NCBI GenBank assembly: GCA_965246885.1
Contig: OZ251992.1
Coordinates: 832,001-896,000, forward strand
DNA: 64,000 nt
Reading direction: 5' to 3'
From: Abditibacterium sp.
Lineage (GTDB): Bacteria; Armatimonadota; Abditibacteriia; Abditibacteriales; Abditibacteriaceae
Below the pieces are notes generated by a model. It was not told where the DNA came from, did no database searches, and saw only the letters and a list, made by a program, of their open reading frames with translations. A program made the position numbers and the translations under genes. Of the stretch, positions 9,791 through 19,454 are shown piece by piece. Each line of letters begins with the position of its first letter. Within the stretch, counting starts at the first letter, position 1.

Positions 9791-10030
9791 ATGGCTTACG
9801 TAATCACCCAGCCCTGCGAGGGCGTTAAGGACGGCGCGTGCGTGGAAGCGTGCCCGATGGATTGCATCGGAACGGATGACTCGCACAACCAGATGTTCAT
9901 CAACCCCGCCGAGTGCATTGACTGCGGCGCGTGCGAAAGCGCCTGCCCCGTCGCGGCGCCCTTTCTCGATGTCGCCGTGCCCGACAAGTGGCGGCACTAT
10001 ATCGAGTTGAACGCCGCGTTCTTCGGCTAA
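9791..10030 (+). CDS. Ferredoxin, 7Fe (3Fe-4S + 4Fe-4S) type, copy 1
   Basis: MAYVITQPC-x7-CVEACPMDC ... CIDCGACESACP. Confidence 0.93.
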   Translation: MAYVITQPCEGVKDGACVEACPMDCIGTDDSHNQMFINPAECIDCGACESACPVAAPFLDVAVPDKWRHYIELNAAFFG

Positions 10031-10054
10031 ATTGGAAAACCCAATAGCTCCCAT
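10031..10054. promoter_or_regulatory. Second putative LysR operator upstream of ferredoxin copy 2
   Basis: Palindromic ATTGG-AAAAC-CCAAT followed by AGCTCCCAT. Confidence 0.5.
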
Positions 10055-10130
10055 TCAAACCAAGTTTTGGACGCGGCGCCGGAACTGCCCTAAGCTGCTT
10101 AGCGCGAAAGCGTAAAGGAGACAAACAACA

Positions 10131-10370
10131 ATGGCTTATGTAATTGCCCAGCCGTGTATCGGCGTGAAAGACAAGGCGTGCGTCGAGGTGTGTCCGGTGG
10201 ACTGCATTCACGGCGACGACGACAGCCCGCAGATGTATATCAACCCCAGCGAGTGCATCTCGTGCGGCGCGTGCGAGCCGGAATGCCCCGTCGAAGCGAT
10301 CTACGAGGACTCCGCCCTGCCCGCCGAGTGGAAGGAATACACCCAAATCAACGCCGACTTCTTCGGCTGA
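10131..10370 (+). CDS. Ferredoxin, 7Fe type, copy 2
   Basis: AAAGGAG SD; MAYVIAQPCIGVKDKACVEVCPVDC ... CISCGACEPECP. Confidence 0.95.
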   Translation: MAYVIAQPCIGVKDKACVEVCPVDCIHGDDDSPQMYINPSECISCGACEPECPVEAIYEDSALPAEWKEYTQINADFFG

Positions 10371-10378
10371 ACCACCCA

Positions 10379-10407
10379 AGACCCGGCCCGCTTGGGCCGG
10401 GTTTTTC
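10379..10407 (+). terminator. Intrinsic terminator
   Basis: ACCCGGCCC-GCTT-GGGCCGGGT followed by T run. Confidence 0.8.
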
Positions 10408-11173
10408 AGTTGGCGCTCGTCTGCTTCACCGGAGTCTTGGACGCCGTGCGGACGCAATACAGCGCGACGCCGAGCGGGTCGTGAAGCGACACCAAGTCCG
10501 GCTTCTCGCCGTTCGGCTTTGCGCGTTTGGCCGCCGCTTGCGCCATGTTGTTGTGGCACGTCACGCACGCGGGGGAACTCGCGGGAATCGGGCACGCCAC
10601 CACTTTCCATTCGCCGACGTGCTTCTGGGCGCCATCGTCGGGCTTGGCTTGATTCAACACTGCGTAAGCGACCGGCAAGAAAGCCTCTTCCTTGGGAGCT
10701 TGTTTCGCCAAGGCGTCATCCCCCGCTTGCGCTTGCCCCCACGCTTGTTTACCGTAGAATCGCTCTGGGCCGTAAATGCGCGAAGTCATTAACAGTGGCC
10801 CCTGAACACGGTCTGCCACAAACCGCAAGAGGGGATCGCGCGGGCGTCCAACAAGGTAGAACACGACTTGCTGTTTCGTCTCTTGCAACTTGGCTATAGC
10901 CGCCCTTTCGGGTGGTGACTCCGGGTAAAAGGGGCCATGTGCGCTGATACGCGGCACCAGCCGACTGTAACCAAAGCTCCCGTCGCGCGGCACAACCGCG
11001 AAGCGGGCTTGCACGACGCGGTCGAGTTCTTCCAACTCGCGCGAAGGAAAGACAGACGCCGGTTTGGGCGGGGCGGGAGCGACCGTCGCATCCCCGCGCT
11101 TAGCCACCACAAAAGCTGAGGTCGCGGCCAGCGCCAACACGCCGACCAGCGCGAGCGAAGAAGAGCGTTTCAT
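10406..11173 (-). CDS. Exported single-heme c protein (DUF3365/Tll0287-like domain)
   Basis: N-terminal signal/anchor MKRSSSLALVGVLALAA; ACPIPASSPACVTCH heme motif followed by DPLGVALY strand. Confidence 0.7.
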   Translation of the reverse strand: MKRSSSLALVGVLALAATSAFVVAKRGDATVAPAPPKPASVFPSRELEELDRVVQARFAVVPRDGSFGYSRLVPRISAHGPFYPESPPERAAIAKLQETKQQVVFYLVGRPRDPLLRFVADRVQGPLLMTSRIYGPERFYGKQAWGQAQAGDDALAKQAPKEEAFLPVAYAVLNQAKPDDGAQKHVGEWKVVACPIPASSPACVTCHNNMAQAAAKRAKPNGEKPDLVSLHDPLGVALYCVRTASKTPVKQTSAN

Positions 11174-11261
11174 GAGCGTTGCTCCTTGGAGAGTGACGCG
11201 CTTGTGAAGTTGCGCGGTTCGGGGCAACTTTTTCGCGGGCCGGTGGTCTGTAGGGGCACTC

Positions 11262-12089
11262 ATGCGCTTTGCCGTCCCTCTTCTTGCCCTGCCGTTGTTG
11301 TTGGCCGCCGCTCCTGCCGCCCTTGCCGCGCCAACTGACCGCGAAATTGCCCTCTCCGGCGCCACTCCCGACTTGAAGTCGTTGCAACTCGACTCGCCGC
11401 ACGTCTACGACTACACCTTCGCTGTCGCGCCGACGGACTGGCGCGTCGCTTCGGGCGTGTGGGAGATGACGAACCGGTGGAGTTGCTCGCCCGGCTGGAG
11501 TTGGTTCGGCGGGAGAAGCGACGAAACGGCGGCGATCTGGAACAAGCGCAAACTGATGGGCGACCAATCGGCGCAGGTCTACTTCGCCTTCAAAATGGGC
11601 ATGACGGGCGTTGGGCAATGGCCCGAATACCCCTCCGATGCCGCCGTCACCATTTGCGGCGACGGCAAGAATTTGGGCACCGGCTACACCTTTATCGCGG
11701 GCGCCTACGATAACTCCTGCTCGGTCTTGCTGCGCAACGGCGTCGAAGTCGCGCGCTCGACCGCGCCCGAAGCTATCCTCCCTCGCCTGACCGATGGCAA
11801 CCCCGGCAACGAACGGATGCACCGCCGTTGGTGGTTCGCCCGCGTCGAGAAAGAAGGCGGCACCGTGACGGCCTACCTCGACGAAAAGCCCGTCGTTTCC
11901 TTCACCGACCCCAAGCCCATCGCGGGCGGCCAAACGGCGATCTGGACATACAACAATGGCCTGATGCTCGCCCGCGTGCAGCTTTACTTCGAGCGCGAGC
12001 AGAAACCCGCCTTCGCCCCCCAAATTTTACAAGTGGCCACTCCCACAACCCCCGCCAAAGCGGGAAAGGTGCGCGTGGCGAAGCGGTAG
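11262..12089 (+). CDS. Secreted beta-sandwich (ConA/lectin-like) hypothetical protein
   Basis: Signal peptide AALA-AP; Trp/Gly-rich beta strands; VEKEGGTVTAYLDEKPVVSFTDPKP pattern. Confidence 0.65.
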   Translation: MRFAVPLLALPLLLAAAPAALAAPTDREIALSGATPDLKSLQLDSPHVYDYTFAVAPTDWRVASGVWEMTNRWSCSPGWSWFGGRSDETAAIWNKRKLMGDQSAQVYFAFKMGMTGVGQWPEYPSDAAVTICGDGKNLGTGYTFIAGAYDNSCSVLLRNGVEVARSTAPEAILPRLTDGNPGNERMHRRWWFARVEKEGGTVTAYLDEKPVVSFTDPKPIAGGQTAIWTYNNGLMLARVQLYFEREQKPAFAPQILQVATPTTPAKAGKVRVAKR

Positions 12090-12242
12090 AGGGTAGATGC
12101 TCGACCGGAGGCTCCCAAACCGCCGCTTTAGTGGTTGGTAGGCCCTCTCTTTGGCGCGATAAACGCTAAGATAAAAGGGTGATTTCGCGCTTTCCCCTTC
12201 TCCCCCTGCGGTGGCGTTGTATTTGTTCTCGGAGTGACCCCT

Positions 12243-12881
12243 ATGAACACCGCTAAAATCGGCGTGCTCGTGTCGGGCGACTCCAAGGGCACCAACTTTC
12301 AGGCGATACTGGATGCCATCGCTCGCGGCGATTTGGACGCGCGTCTCGCGCTCCTTGTCGCCACCAACGAGCATCATGGCGCCGTCGCGCGCGCGCGCGA
12401 CGCCCACATCAAAACGCTCGTGTTGCCCATCAAAGGGATGGAGCGCGACGCGTGGGATGCCCGCGTCGCCGACGCGCTGTATGAGGAGGGCGTCTCGATT
12501 GTGGCGCTCGCGGGCTACTTGCGCTTCGTCACGCCCACACTGCTCGAAGCGTTTCCGCGTCGCATCCTCAACGTTCACCCCAGCCTGCTCCCCTCGTTTG
12601 GCGGCAAGGGGATGTTCGGCGCGCGCGTTCACCGCGCCGTGTTGGAGCACGGCTGCAAAGTGTCGGGGTGCACCGTCCATCTGCTCGATGAGCGCTACGA
12701 TACGGGGCCGATTTTGGAGCAAGCCTGCGTCGTGGTCGCCGAAGATGAGACGCCCGACTCCCTCGCCTTGAAAGTACAAAAAGAGGAGCACCGCATCTAC
12801 CCGCGCTGCTTGCAAGCGATGGTCGAAAACCGCATCGTCGTCGAGGGTCGCCGCGTCATTTGGCGACGCAAGGAGACTTAA
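12243..12881 (+). CDS. purN: Phosphoribosylglycinamide formyltransferase
   Basis: VLVSG..GTNFQAI, ALAGYLR, ILNVHPSLLP, SGCTVH, YDTGPI. Confidence 0.96.
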   Translation: MNTAKIGVLVSGDSKGTNFQAILDAIARGDLDARLALLVATNEHHGAVARARDAHIKTLVLPIKGMERDAWDARVADALYEEGVSIVALAGYLRFVTPTLLEAFPRRILNVHPSLLPSFGGKGMFGARVHRAVLEHGCKVSGCTVHLLDERYDTGPILEQACVVVAEDETPDSLALKVQKEEHRIYPRCLQAMVENRIVVEGRRVIWRRKET

Positions 12882-12887
12882 GGCACT

Positions 12888-13466
12888 ATGAAGTTCACCG
12901 TGTTTTGCGCTTTGGCTGGCCTGCTTCTGACCGGGTGTCACGGCGGTGGCGCGTCTGCGGGAACGCCCGACGCGCCCGAAGAGATCACCCACGTTTTCAG
13001 CCGCGACGCAGGCGGTCATGACGTGATCAACGCCGGTTTTTTCAAAATCACCCCGCCAAGTGGGTGGAGATGGGTCAAACATCAGCCGGACGGCTTATTT
13101 CAGGTCAGGATTTTATCGCCTGAAGCGGGTAACCCCATCGGAAGTTTAAGCGTGCGAATCGTTGTGGCGAATCCGGGAGAAACGCTGGAAACGGTGAGGG
13201 CCGATGCGCAGAAAAGGAACTCTTCGGTGTTTTCCAACTACCAGTTGCTTCTCAACGGGAATATGATGATGGATGGCAATGCCGCTTGGTCGGAAGAATT
13301 CACCGCAACCAAGGATGGACAGCCCTATTGGTGCCGGGACATTTGGGCGTTGCGGGGCGGCAAGCTCTACCAAATCAGATGTCTCGTGGCGGATACAAGA
13401 CCGGGAGTTTGGATATTGGATTTTGAGAAGACCATTGACTCGTGGCAATGGCAGCCGTCCTCATAA
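12888..13466 (+). CDS. Lipoprotein, PsbP/DUF1795-like fold
   Basis: Lipobox LLTGC; FKITPPSGW ... FEKTIDSW pattern. Confidence 0.65.
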   Translation: MKFTVFCALAGLLLTGCHGGGASAGTPDAPEEITHVFSRDAGGHDVINAGFFKITPPSGWRWVKHQPDGLFQVRILSPEAGNPIGSLSVRIVVANPGETLETVRADAQKRNSSVFSNYQLLLNGNMMMDGNAAWSEEFTATKDGQPYWCRDIWALRGGKLYQIRCLVADTRPGVWILDFEKTIDSWQWQPSS

Positions 13467-13516
13467 TTTGCCGACGCAAGGAGAATAAAACGGCGGCGGC
13501 CCATTCGCCGGGCCGG

Positions 13517-13642
13517 GCGGACAAGTGGCGCGACCCGGTGGACAAGTGGCGCGGCCCGGTGGACGAGTGGCGTGACCCGGCGAACGAGTGGCGCGACCCG
13601 GCGGACGAGTGGCGTGACCCGGTGGACGAGTGGCGTGACCCG
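13517..13642. repeat. Tandem array, 6 x 21 bp (GACRAGTGGCGYGACCCGGYG)
   Basis: Units start at 13520, 13541, 13562, 13583, 13604, 13625. Confidence 0.92.
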
Positions 13643-13681
13643 TTTTCCCGAACCGCGACTGATTAGGGAACACTGAGGGCG

Positions 13682-16546
13682 ATGCCGCGTTCTCTTTCTC
13701 CCGCGCCGCGCCAATCGCGGCTGACGTGGGGTATGGCGCAGGGGTTGGTTATTGCCCTCGCGCTGCTGTTCTTGCTGCGTCCGGGCGCGCTCGGCGGCCT
13801 CGCGCACACGTTGGAATGGGACACGTTGGATTGGTGGTTTGGGTTGCGGGCGCCGCGCAGTGCACGTTCGACGGCGATTCTGGCCGTTGACGAGGCGACA
13901 ATCGCGCGGTGGAACGGGCGGGTTTTCGAGGCGCGCGACGTGGCGTTGGCGCTCCGCGAACTCAAAGGGCGCGGCGCCAAAGCGGTGGCGCTGGATTTCC
14001 CGTCGTTGTGCGAGGTGCCGCTCGGCGCGTCCGATGCGGACGAGTTGGCATCGGCGATGCGCTTCAACGGAGCGGTCACGCTTCCGCTTGCGCTGCGTTT
14101 GGGTTCGGGTTCGGAAATCCCGACGAGTCCGAGCGTAGAACGGTTTGCGTTCGCGCCGGAGGAGCGCCTCGCGCCCGACGACGCGCCCCTTGCGCGCGCC
14201 GATGCCATTGTGGGGTCTCCCGGCGCGTTGATGGATGCGGCGGCGGGTGCGGGACACACCAACTTCGAGTTCGACCGCTTTGGCCGCGTACGGGCGTTGC
14301 CCCTTGATGCGCGCTTGACGGCGCCGCTTGGCGGGAATCTGAACGGGCGCTTGTTTCCCTCGCTGGCGTTGGCGACGGCGAGCGCGGCGGGGCTGGCGGC
14401 GCCCGCTCGGGAGGAGCCGATGTTGCTCAACTTTGCGCGCGGCGGGGGGGACGAAAGCCGCGCTTTTCCGGTTGTGTCGCTCGCGGCGGCGCTGCGCGAT
14501 CCGCGCTTGTTCGAGGCGTTCCGGAATCGCGCGGTGGTGGTGGGGGTGACGGCGCGCTCGTTGTGTTCGCGCTTCCCCACGCCGGGCGGGGCGCGCGTGC
14601 CGGAGTGCGTCTTGTCGGCGGAGGCGCTGGACAACCTGCTTTCCGACCGGGCGCTGCGCCGCGCGCCGCCGGTGTTGCACTGGTTTTTGACGATTCTGCC
14701 TGCCTTGGTGGTGGGCGGCTTGGCGGCGGTGTGGCGTCCGGCGAGTAGCGCCGTGCTGGCGCTGTTGTGCGCGCTCGTGGTGGCGCTAATTTCGTTTGGG
14801 ATGTTCGGGCGCGACGTGTGGCTGGACACCAGCGTGCCTTGGTTGACCATCGGCGCCGCGTGTCTGGTGGGCGTGGTCGGGCGGGCGCGGCGCCAAGAGC
14901 GGGACACCATTTCCATCGCTTCGACGGTGGACGCGCTCGCGCAGGTGGCGGACTTGGTGACGGTGGGGCGCAACCCGACGGAGCTTTTGGAGCGCGTCCT
15001 GTCGTTTGCGGCCAAGACGCTGGGCGCGAGCGGCGCGTCGGCGCTATTGTTGGAGGGAGACGGCCAGCATCTCAAGTTCGTGGCGGCCATTGGCCCGCGC
15101 TCGGCGCCGCTCGTGGGGCAGTTGGTGGCAATGGGCGAGGGCTTGGTGGGGCGGGTGGCGCGCGAAGAACGGGGGATGATCTTGGGCGATGCCGGGGAGC
15201 ACGCGGGGCGCTTCGACTTGTTGACCGGTTTGGAAACGCGCTCGCTGTTGGCGGTGCCGCTTCGGGTGCGCGGGGAAGTGGTAGGGGCGCTCGAAGTGGT
15301 GAACCGCGAAGGGGAACTGCCGTTTTCGCCCGCCGACTTGGAGCTATTGCAAGCCATCGCCAATCAAGCGGCGGTGGCGCTGGATAACGTGCGCTTGTAT
15401 AACCGGCTGGCCTTTCGCGTCGAGCAGTCGCAGGACGCGCTCGCCGTTGCCAACCGCGAACTGCAAGCGGACAAGGCGCTCATGCAAACGGTGCTGTTCT
15501 CGATGACCGATGGGCTGGTCGTGACGGACGAGTCGGGGCGCATCCAACTGGTGAACGAGGCCGCTGTGCGCTTGTTGCCGGAACTGGCGGGGGAGGAAGT
15601 GCTGGGCGAACGGCTGGCGCTCGTGCTGCCCGACTTCGCTTTGGGCGCCATTCCGCCGTCGCCCGAAGGGGACGAAGAGGAGCCGGTCATCCTGTTTCGC
15701 GGCTCGCTCGACGCGGTGCGCGCGGTCGAGGGACACGTGGCGCCGCTTCGCGGGGGGCACGGCGAGTTGGCGGGATTGGTGGCGGTGTTCGCCGATGTCA
15801 CGCAGCGCCGCCGCATCGAGCAGGCCAAAAGCGACTTCGTGTCGTTCGTGGCGCACGAGATGCGCTCGCCGCTCACTTCCATCGCGGGCTTTTCGGCGAT
15901 GCTGTCGCGCGACGAAGGAGCGGGCGCGGGGCAAAGCGCCCTGTCTCCTCCGACGCGCGCGCGGTTTTTGGGACTGATTCGCGGCGAAAGCGAGCGGCTC
16001 ACGCGGCTGATTAACACCCTTCTCGATACCGCGCGTTTGGAAGCGGGACACGCCATTGAACTCAACCGCGACGCGCTGGAGTTGGCGCCGCTGATTCAGT
16101 TGGCCTTGGAAACGCAGCGCGCGTATTCGAGCCGCCATACCCTGCGCGCCGACCTGCCGCCGCACTTGCCACCCGTTTTTGCCGACGCCGACAAAGTGCT
16201 GCAAATCCTCGTCAACCTGCTTTCCAACGCGCAGAAGTACTCGCCCGGCGGCGAGATTACACTCTCCGCGCGGACGCGCGGAGAGAGGGTGGAACTGAGC
16301 GTGCGCGATCAAGGGCCGGGGATTGGGCCGGGGCAACGCGAACTGCTGTTTTCCCGTTTTGGCCGGGGGCCGCAGTCGGCGCAAGGCGTGGGGGCGGGCG
16401 CCAAACCGACGGGGACGGGGTTGGGCTTATTTTTGACCAAGCACTTAGTCGAAGCGCACGGCGGCGAAATCTGGGTGGAAAGCGAAGTCGGGCAGGGCGC
16501 AACGTTTCGCTTCACCCTTCCCACCGAAGAGAGTTTTGCTTCTTGA
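13682..16546 (+). CDS. CHASE2-GAF-PAS sensor histidine kinase
   Basis: CHASE2-like ILAVDEATI..GAKAVALD; TM helices; GAF (LLAVPL..VVGALEVVN..ANQAAVALDN); HisKA AHEMRSPL; HATPase NLLSNA, DQGPGI, GTGLGL. Confidence 0.92.
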   Translation: MPRSLSPAPRQSRLTWGMAQGLVIALALLFLLRPGALGGLAHTLEWDTLDWWFGLRAPRSARSTAILAVDEATIARWNGRVFEARDVALALRELKGRGAKAVALDFPSLCEVPLGASDADELASAMRFNGAVTLPLALRLGSGSEIPTSPSVERFAFAPEERLAPDDAPLARADAIVGSPGALMDAAAGAGHTNFEFDRFGRVRALPLDARLTAPLGGNLNGRLFPSLALATASAAGLAAPAREEPMLLNFARGGGDESRAFPVVSLAAALRDPRLFEAFRNRAVVVGVTARSLCSRFPTPGGARVPECVLSAEALDNLLSDRALRRAPPVLHWFLTILPALVVGGLAAVWRPASSAVLALLCALVVALISFGMFGRDVWLDTSVPWLTIGAACLVGVVGRARRQERDTISIASTVDALAQVADLVTVGRNPTELLERVLSFAAKTLGASGASALLLEGDGQHLKFVAAIGPRSAPLVGQLVAMGEGLVGRVAREERGMILGDAGEHAGRFDLLTGLETRSLLAVPLRVRGEVVGALEVVNREGELPFSPADLELLQAIANQAAVALDNVRLYNRLAFRVEQSQDALAVANRELQADKALMQTVLFSMTDGLVVTDESGRIQLVNEAAVRLLPELAGEEVLGERLALVLPDFALGAIPPSPEGDEEEPVILFRGSLDAVRAVEGHVAPLRGGHGELAGLVAVFADVTQRRRIEQAKSDFVSFVAHEMRSPLTSIAGFSAMLSRDEGAGAGQSALSPPTRARFLGLIRGESERLTRLINTLLDTARLEAGHAIELNRDALELAPLIQLALETQRAYSSRHTLRADLPPHLPPVFADADKVLQILVNLLSNAQKYSPGGEITLSARTRGERVELSVRDQGPGIGPGQRELLFSRFGRGPQSAQGVGAGAKPTGTGLGLFLTKHLVEAHGGEIWVESEVGQGATFRFTLPTEESFAS

Positions 16547-16632
16547 ACTTCCACTTAGGGGTTGACGTCCACCATCGGGCGGGAGTTCTCACTGTCGCCT
16601 GTTCAGCAGTCGCCCCTCTCGCAGGAACAACC

Positions 16633-17130
16633 ATGCTCAAGAAACTATTGATTGGAGGCATCTTGGGAGCTTGCGCTCTCACTGGCCTGTCTCCCGTCGC
16701 GCGCGCCGATGGCGACCGCGACACCCGTGACCGCGATTATCGCCCCGCGCCGTATTACGGCGACCGCGACGATTATCGCCCCAACCGCGACCGTGACCGC
16801 GACTACCGTGACCGCGACGACGCCCGCGACCGCGACTACCGGCGCGACCGTGACCGCGATACTCGTGACCGCGATGACTACCGCCGCAACGACTACCGCC
16901 GCAACGATTACAATCGTGGCGGCAACTACGGCTATAGTGGCGGTATCACCGTCTACGGCGGCGGCACTAACCGCCCCCGTTACGATGACCGCTATGACCG
17001 TCGCCCCCGTTACGACGACCGCTACGACCGTCGCCGCCGCTATGACGACCGCCCGCGCTACGACAGCCAAGGCCGCATCATCACCGGCGCCATCGTGGGC
17101 GGGATTCTGGGCGCCATCATCGCCCGCTAA
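16633..17130 (+). CDS. Secreted Arg/Asp/Tyr-rich low-complexity protein with C-terminal glycine zipper
   Basis: AGGA SD; signal peptide ending VARA-D; RD/RDY and RYDDR repeats; GAIVGGILGAII tail. Confidence 0.75.
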   Translation: MLKKLLIGGILGACALTGLSPVARADGDRDTRDRDYRPAPYYGDRDDYRPNRDRDRDYRDRDDARDRDYRRDRDRDTRDRDDYRRNDYRRNDYNRGGNYGYSGGITVYGGGTNRPRYDDRYDRRPRYDDRYDRRRRYDDRPRYDSQGRIITGAIVGGILGAIIAR

Positions 17131-17135
17131 ACGGC

Positions 17136-17169
17136 AACAGCCCCGCTCACCCATATGAGCGGGGCTGTT
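17136..17169. terminator. Bidirectional terminator between convergent genes
   Basis: AACAGCCCCGCTCA ... TGAGCGGGGCTGTT. Confidence 0.8.
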
Positions 17170-17193
17170 CTTTAACTGCGGAGCAGTTTAGCT

Positions 17194-18744
17194 TTAGCGG
17201 CGGGCGCCGACAAAGATGTTCCAGTTGCGGCCCTCGAACAGGTTGGACACCATGACGCGGTGCCCCGACCCGGACGCATGGACGAACAGGCCGTTGCCCA
17301 TATACAGGCCGGTGTGGTCAATGCGCGTGCCCGACGCCGAGAAGTACAAGCGGTCTCCCGCGTGCAGGTCGGCGGGCGCGACGGCCATGCCGATGCGCGC
17401 TTGTTGGGCGGCGGTGCGGGGCAACTGCACGCCGCACGCGGCGAAGGAGTGCTGGATGAGGGACGAGCAGTCAATGCCGCGCCGTCCCGTGCCGCCGTAA
17501 ACGTAGGGCGTTCCTAACCAGCGTAGCGCTTGGGCGACGGTGGCGCTTTGCGCGGCATAGCGGGCGCCCGCGCCGGACACGCTTCCGCCGGGGCCGGGAG
17601 TGGCAACGATTTGCGAGGACACGTCCACCGTTTGCTCGGTCATGGACAAGTAGCGAGTGGGCAGCCAGCCGGTCGAGCGGTCGCTCATCAACACCGCCGA
17701 CCACGCGCCGCTTTGCCGCAGAACCGCGAGACGCGTTCCCATGCCGCACTTGAAAAGCGTGACGGCGCTGGCTTGGGGCAAGCGGCGGATGCGCGCGCCC
17801 GCCGAGGAGATTTGCCCGACGCGCGCCACGCCGCCTGAGGGCCTGATGGGAGTCGTGGTCGCGGCGCCCGCGTCGCCACCGCCGCCCGTATTGGGCGCGG
17901 CCTCGTTTTGGCCCATGACGCGCACTTCGCCGCCGAGCGCCGAGCGCGCCATTTGGCCGTAGCCGCCGCGCGAAGCGAGCGCGCCGCGCCGCGTGTCAAC
18001 GACGGAGGACGAGCCGAAGATGGGCGTGTTTTGCGGGATTTCGCGCACGGTCGAAACGGGAGCGCCCGCGCCCAAGTTGAACTCGCCCGACGCGTACACG
18101 CCGCCGCCCAAAGGACGCGGCTCGGCCTGCGCGTGTGCGGGAGTCGAGGGCGTGCTTTGCGCCGACGCGGTGTAGGTGGCTTTGGGGCGACGGCCAACGG
18201 GCGTGGAAAGCGGCACGCGCGGGGCGTAAACGCTGGGCGCTTGGTAAGTCAGTTGGCCCAAAGGCACAATCACGGTTTCGCCCGCGATAGGAGCGACGGC
18301 GTCGCCGTTGCGCGCACGGAGCGAGGCGGCGGAAACGTCGTTGCCTGCGGCGCGAAAGCGAAGGGCGATGGAGTCCCACGTGTCGCCTTGGCGCACGGTG
18401 TCGCTGACGGCACGGGAAAGCGAGCCACTGCCAGAGCGCACCTCGGAAAACGCGGGCGTTTGGACGACGGGCGCGGCGATGGGCGCTTGCCCTTCGCTTT
18501 CGCCGGGAACGCGCAGAAGCATCGAGCCAAGGGGCACCGCGTCCTCGTTCGTGAGACCGTTAGCGGTGCGCAGGGCGCCGGGGGTGACGCCGTATTTGGC
18601 CGCGACGCCCGCGAGCGTTTCTCCCGCCGTGACGGGGTAATACACGTCGGCGCGCGCGCTGAGCGAAAGCCAGAGCGCCCCGCCCGAAAGCAAGAAGAAA
18701 GATGAAACGGGTTTGCGCGCCCGCGACCGCGAAGTGAAAGCCAT
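17194..18744 (-). CDS. LysM-LysM-SH3-NlpC/P60 peptidoglycan endopeptidase
   Basis: LysM YPVTAGETLAGVAAKYGV and VRQGDTWDSIA; SH3-like IRRLP..GWLP; NlpC/P60 GTPYVYGG, DCS, DHTGLY, FVHAS. Confidence 0.9.
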   Translation of the reverse strand: MAFTSRSRARKPVSSFFLLSGGALWLSLSARADVYYPVTAGETLAGVAAKYGVTPGALRTANGLTNEDAVPLGSMLLRVPGESEGQAPIAAPVVQTPAFSEVRSGSGSLSRAVSDTVRQGDTWDSIALRFRAAGNDVSAASLRARNGDAVAPIAGETVIVPLGQLTYQAPSVYAPRVPLSTPVGRRPKATYTASAQSTPSTPAHAQAEPRPLGGGVYASGEFNLGAGAPVSTVREIPQNTPIFGSSSVVDTRRGALASRGGYGQMARSALGGEVRVMGQNEAAPNTGGGGDAGAATTTPIRPSGGVARVGQISSAGARIRRLPQASAVTLFKCGMGTRLAVLRQSGAWSAVLMSDRSTGWLPTRYLSMTEQTVDVSSQIVATPGPGGSVSGAGARYAAQSATVAQALRWLGTPYVYGGTGRRGIDCSSLIQHSFAACGVQLPRTAAQQARIGMAVAPADLHAGDRLYFSASGTRIDHTGLYMGNGLFVHASGSGHRVMVSNLFEGRNWNIFVGARR

Positions 18745-19001
18745 GATGTGCGAAGAACGACCGCCGACAAAAACTCTCTCCGAGACCGACGCGCCTTTAG
18801 CGGTCTGCCCCAAACGCGCCCCCTTTTGAGGCGCCGCGCCCGGCGCCCGGTCAAAGCGCCGCCAACATTTTAACCTAATCTTCACCCTGCAAGTGTGAAG
18901 GGCACCCGTTTTGCTTCGGACGCGCCGCTTTTCCCCCGTCAAAGCCACGTTTTGGCCAAACGCCGCCCGCTTGCGGCGCCTTAGCGGTTAAAACTACCGG
19001 C

Positions 19002-19454
19002 ATGGCCCAGCATCCCGACCCCTGCGACATCTGCGCGCGCCTCGACCGCATCGCGGCGAGCGACTACCCGCCCTTCATCCACGAACTGCCAACCGGCTTT
19101 TTCGTGCTTGGCGACTCGCAGCAGTTCCCCGGCTACGCGCTTCTCTTGTCGAAGGCGCCCGTCGCCGAACTCGAAGAGTTACCCATGCCCGCGCGCATGG
19201 CGTTCCTGCGCGACGTGGCGCTCTGTTCCCAAGCCGTTGCCGACGTTGTGCGCCCGCACAAGATGAACGTCGAATCGCTCGGCAACGTCGTTCCGCACCT
19301 GCATTTCCACTTCTTCCCGCGCCAGCTATCCGAGCCGGAGCCGACCAAACCCGTCTGGACGCAGCAGCACGAAGGAGCGCCCTTTGACCCCGCCCGCGAT
19401 GGCGCGCTGGTCGCCCGCCTGCGGGCGCGGGTGGTAGAGTTGGCGCGCGCTTAG
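19002..19454 (+). CDS. HIT family hydrolase
   Basis: CDIC; GNVVPHLHFHFFPR histidine triad. Confidence 0.92.
   Translation: MAQHPDPCDICARLDRIAASDYPPFIHELPTGFFVLGDSQQFPGYALLLSKAPVAELEELPMPARMAFLRDVALCSQAVADVVRPHKMNVESLGNVVPHLHFHFFPRQLSEPEPTKPVWTQQHEGAPFDPARDGALVARLRARVVELARA

Noticed and set aside
12090..12242. ZMP/ZTP or purine riboswitch upstream of purN
   Set aside because: I could not find the GACTGGCG...GTGG...CCAC...GCCTGGGC or purine aptamer elements
13517..13642. 21-bp arrays as CRISPR
   Set aside because: Units are head-to-tail with no unique 25-45 nt spacers, and there are no cas genes; the same applies to the other arrays
13442..13666. Heptad-repeat ORFs over the arrays (DEWRDPV etc.) as real genes
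   Set aside because: Open frames are expected from GC-rich 21-mers; starts are weak and overlap neighbours, so they were not called as CDS
18745..19001. c-di-AMP (ydaO) riboswitch upstream of the LysM/NlpC-P60 gene
   Set aside because: GC-rich hairpins are present but the GCTGAATC, GGGGTGAAT and CCGTCAGCT hallmarks are not
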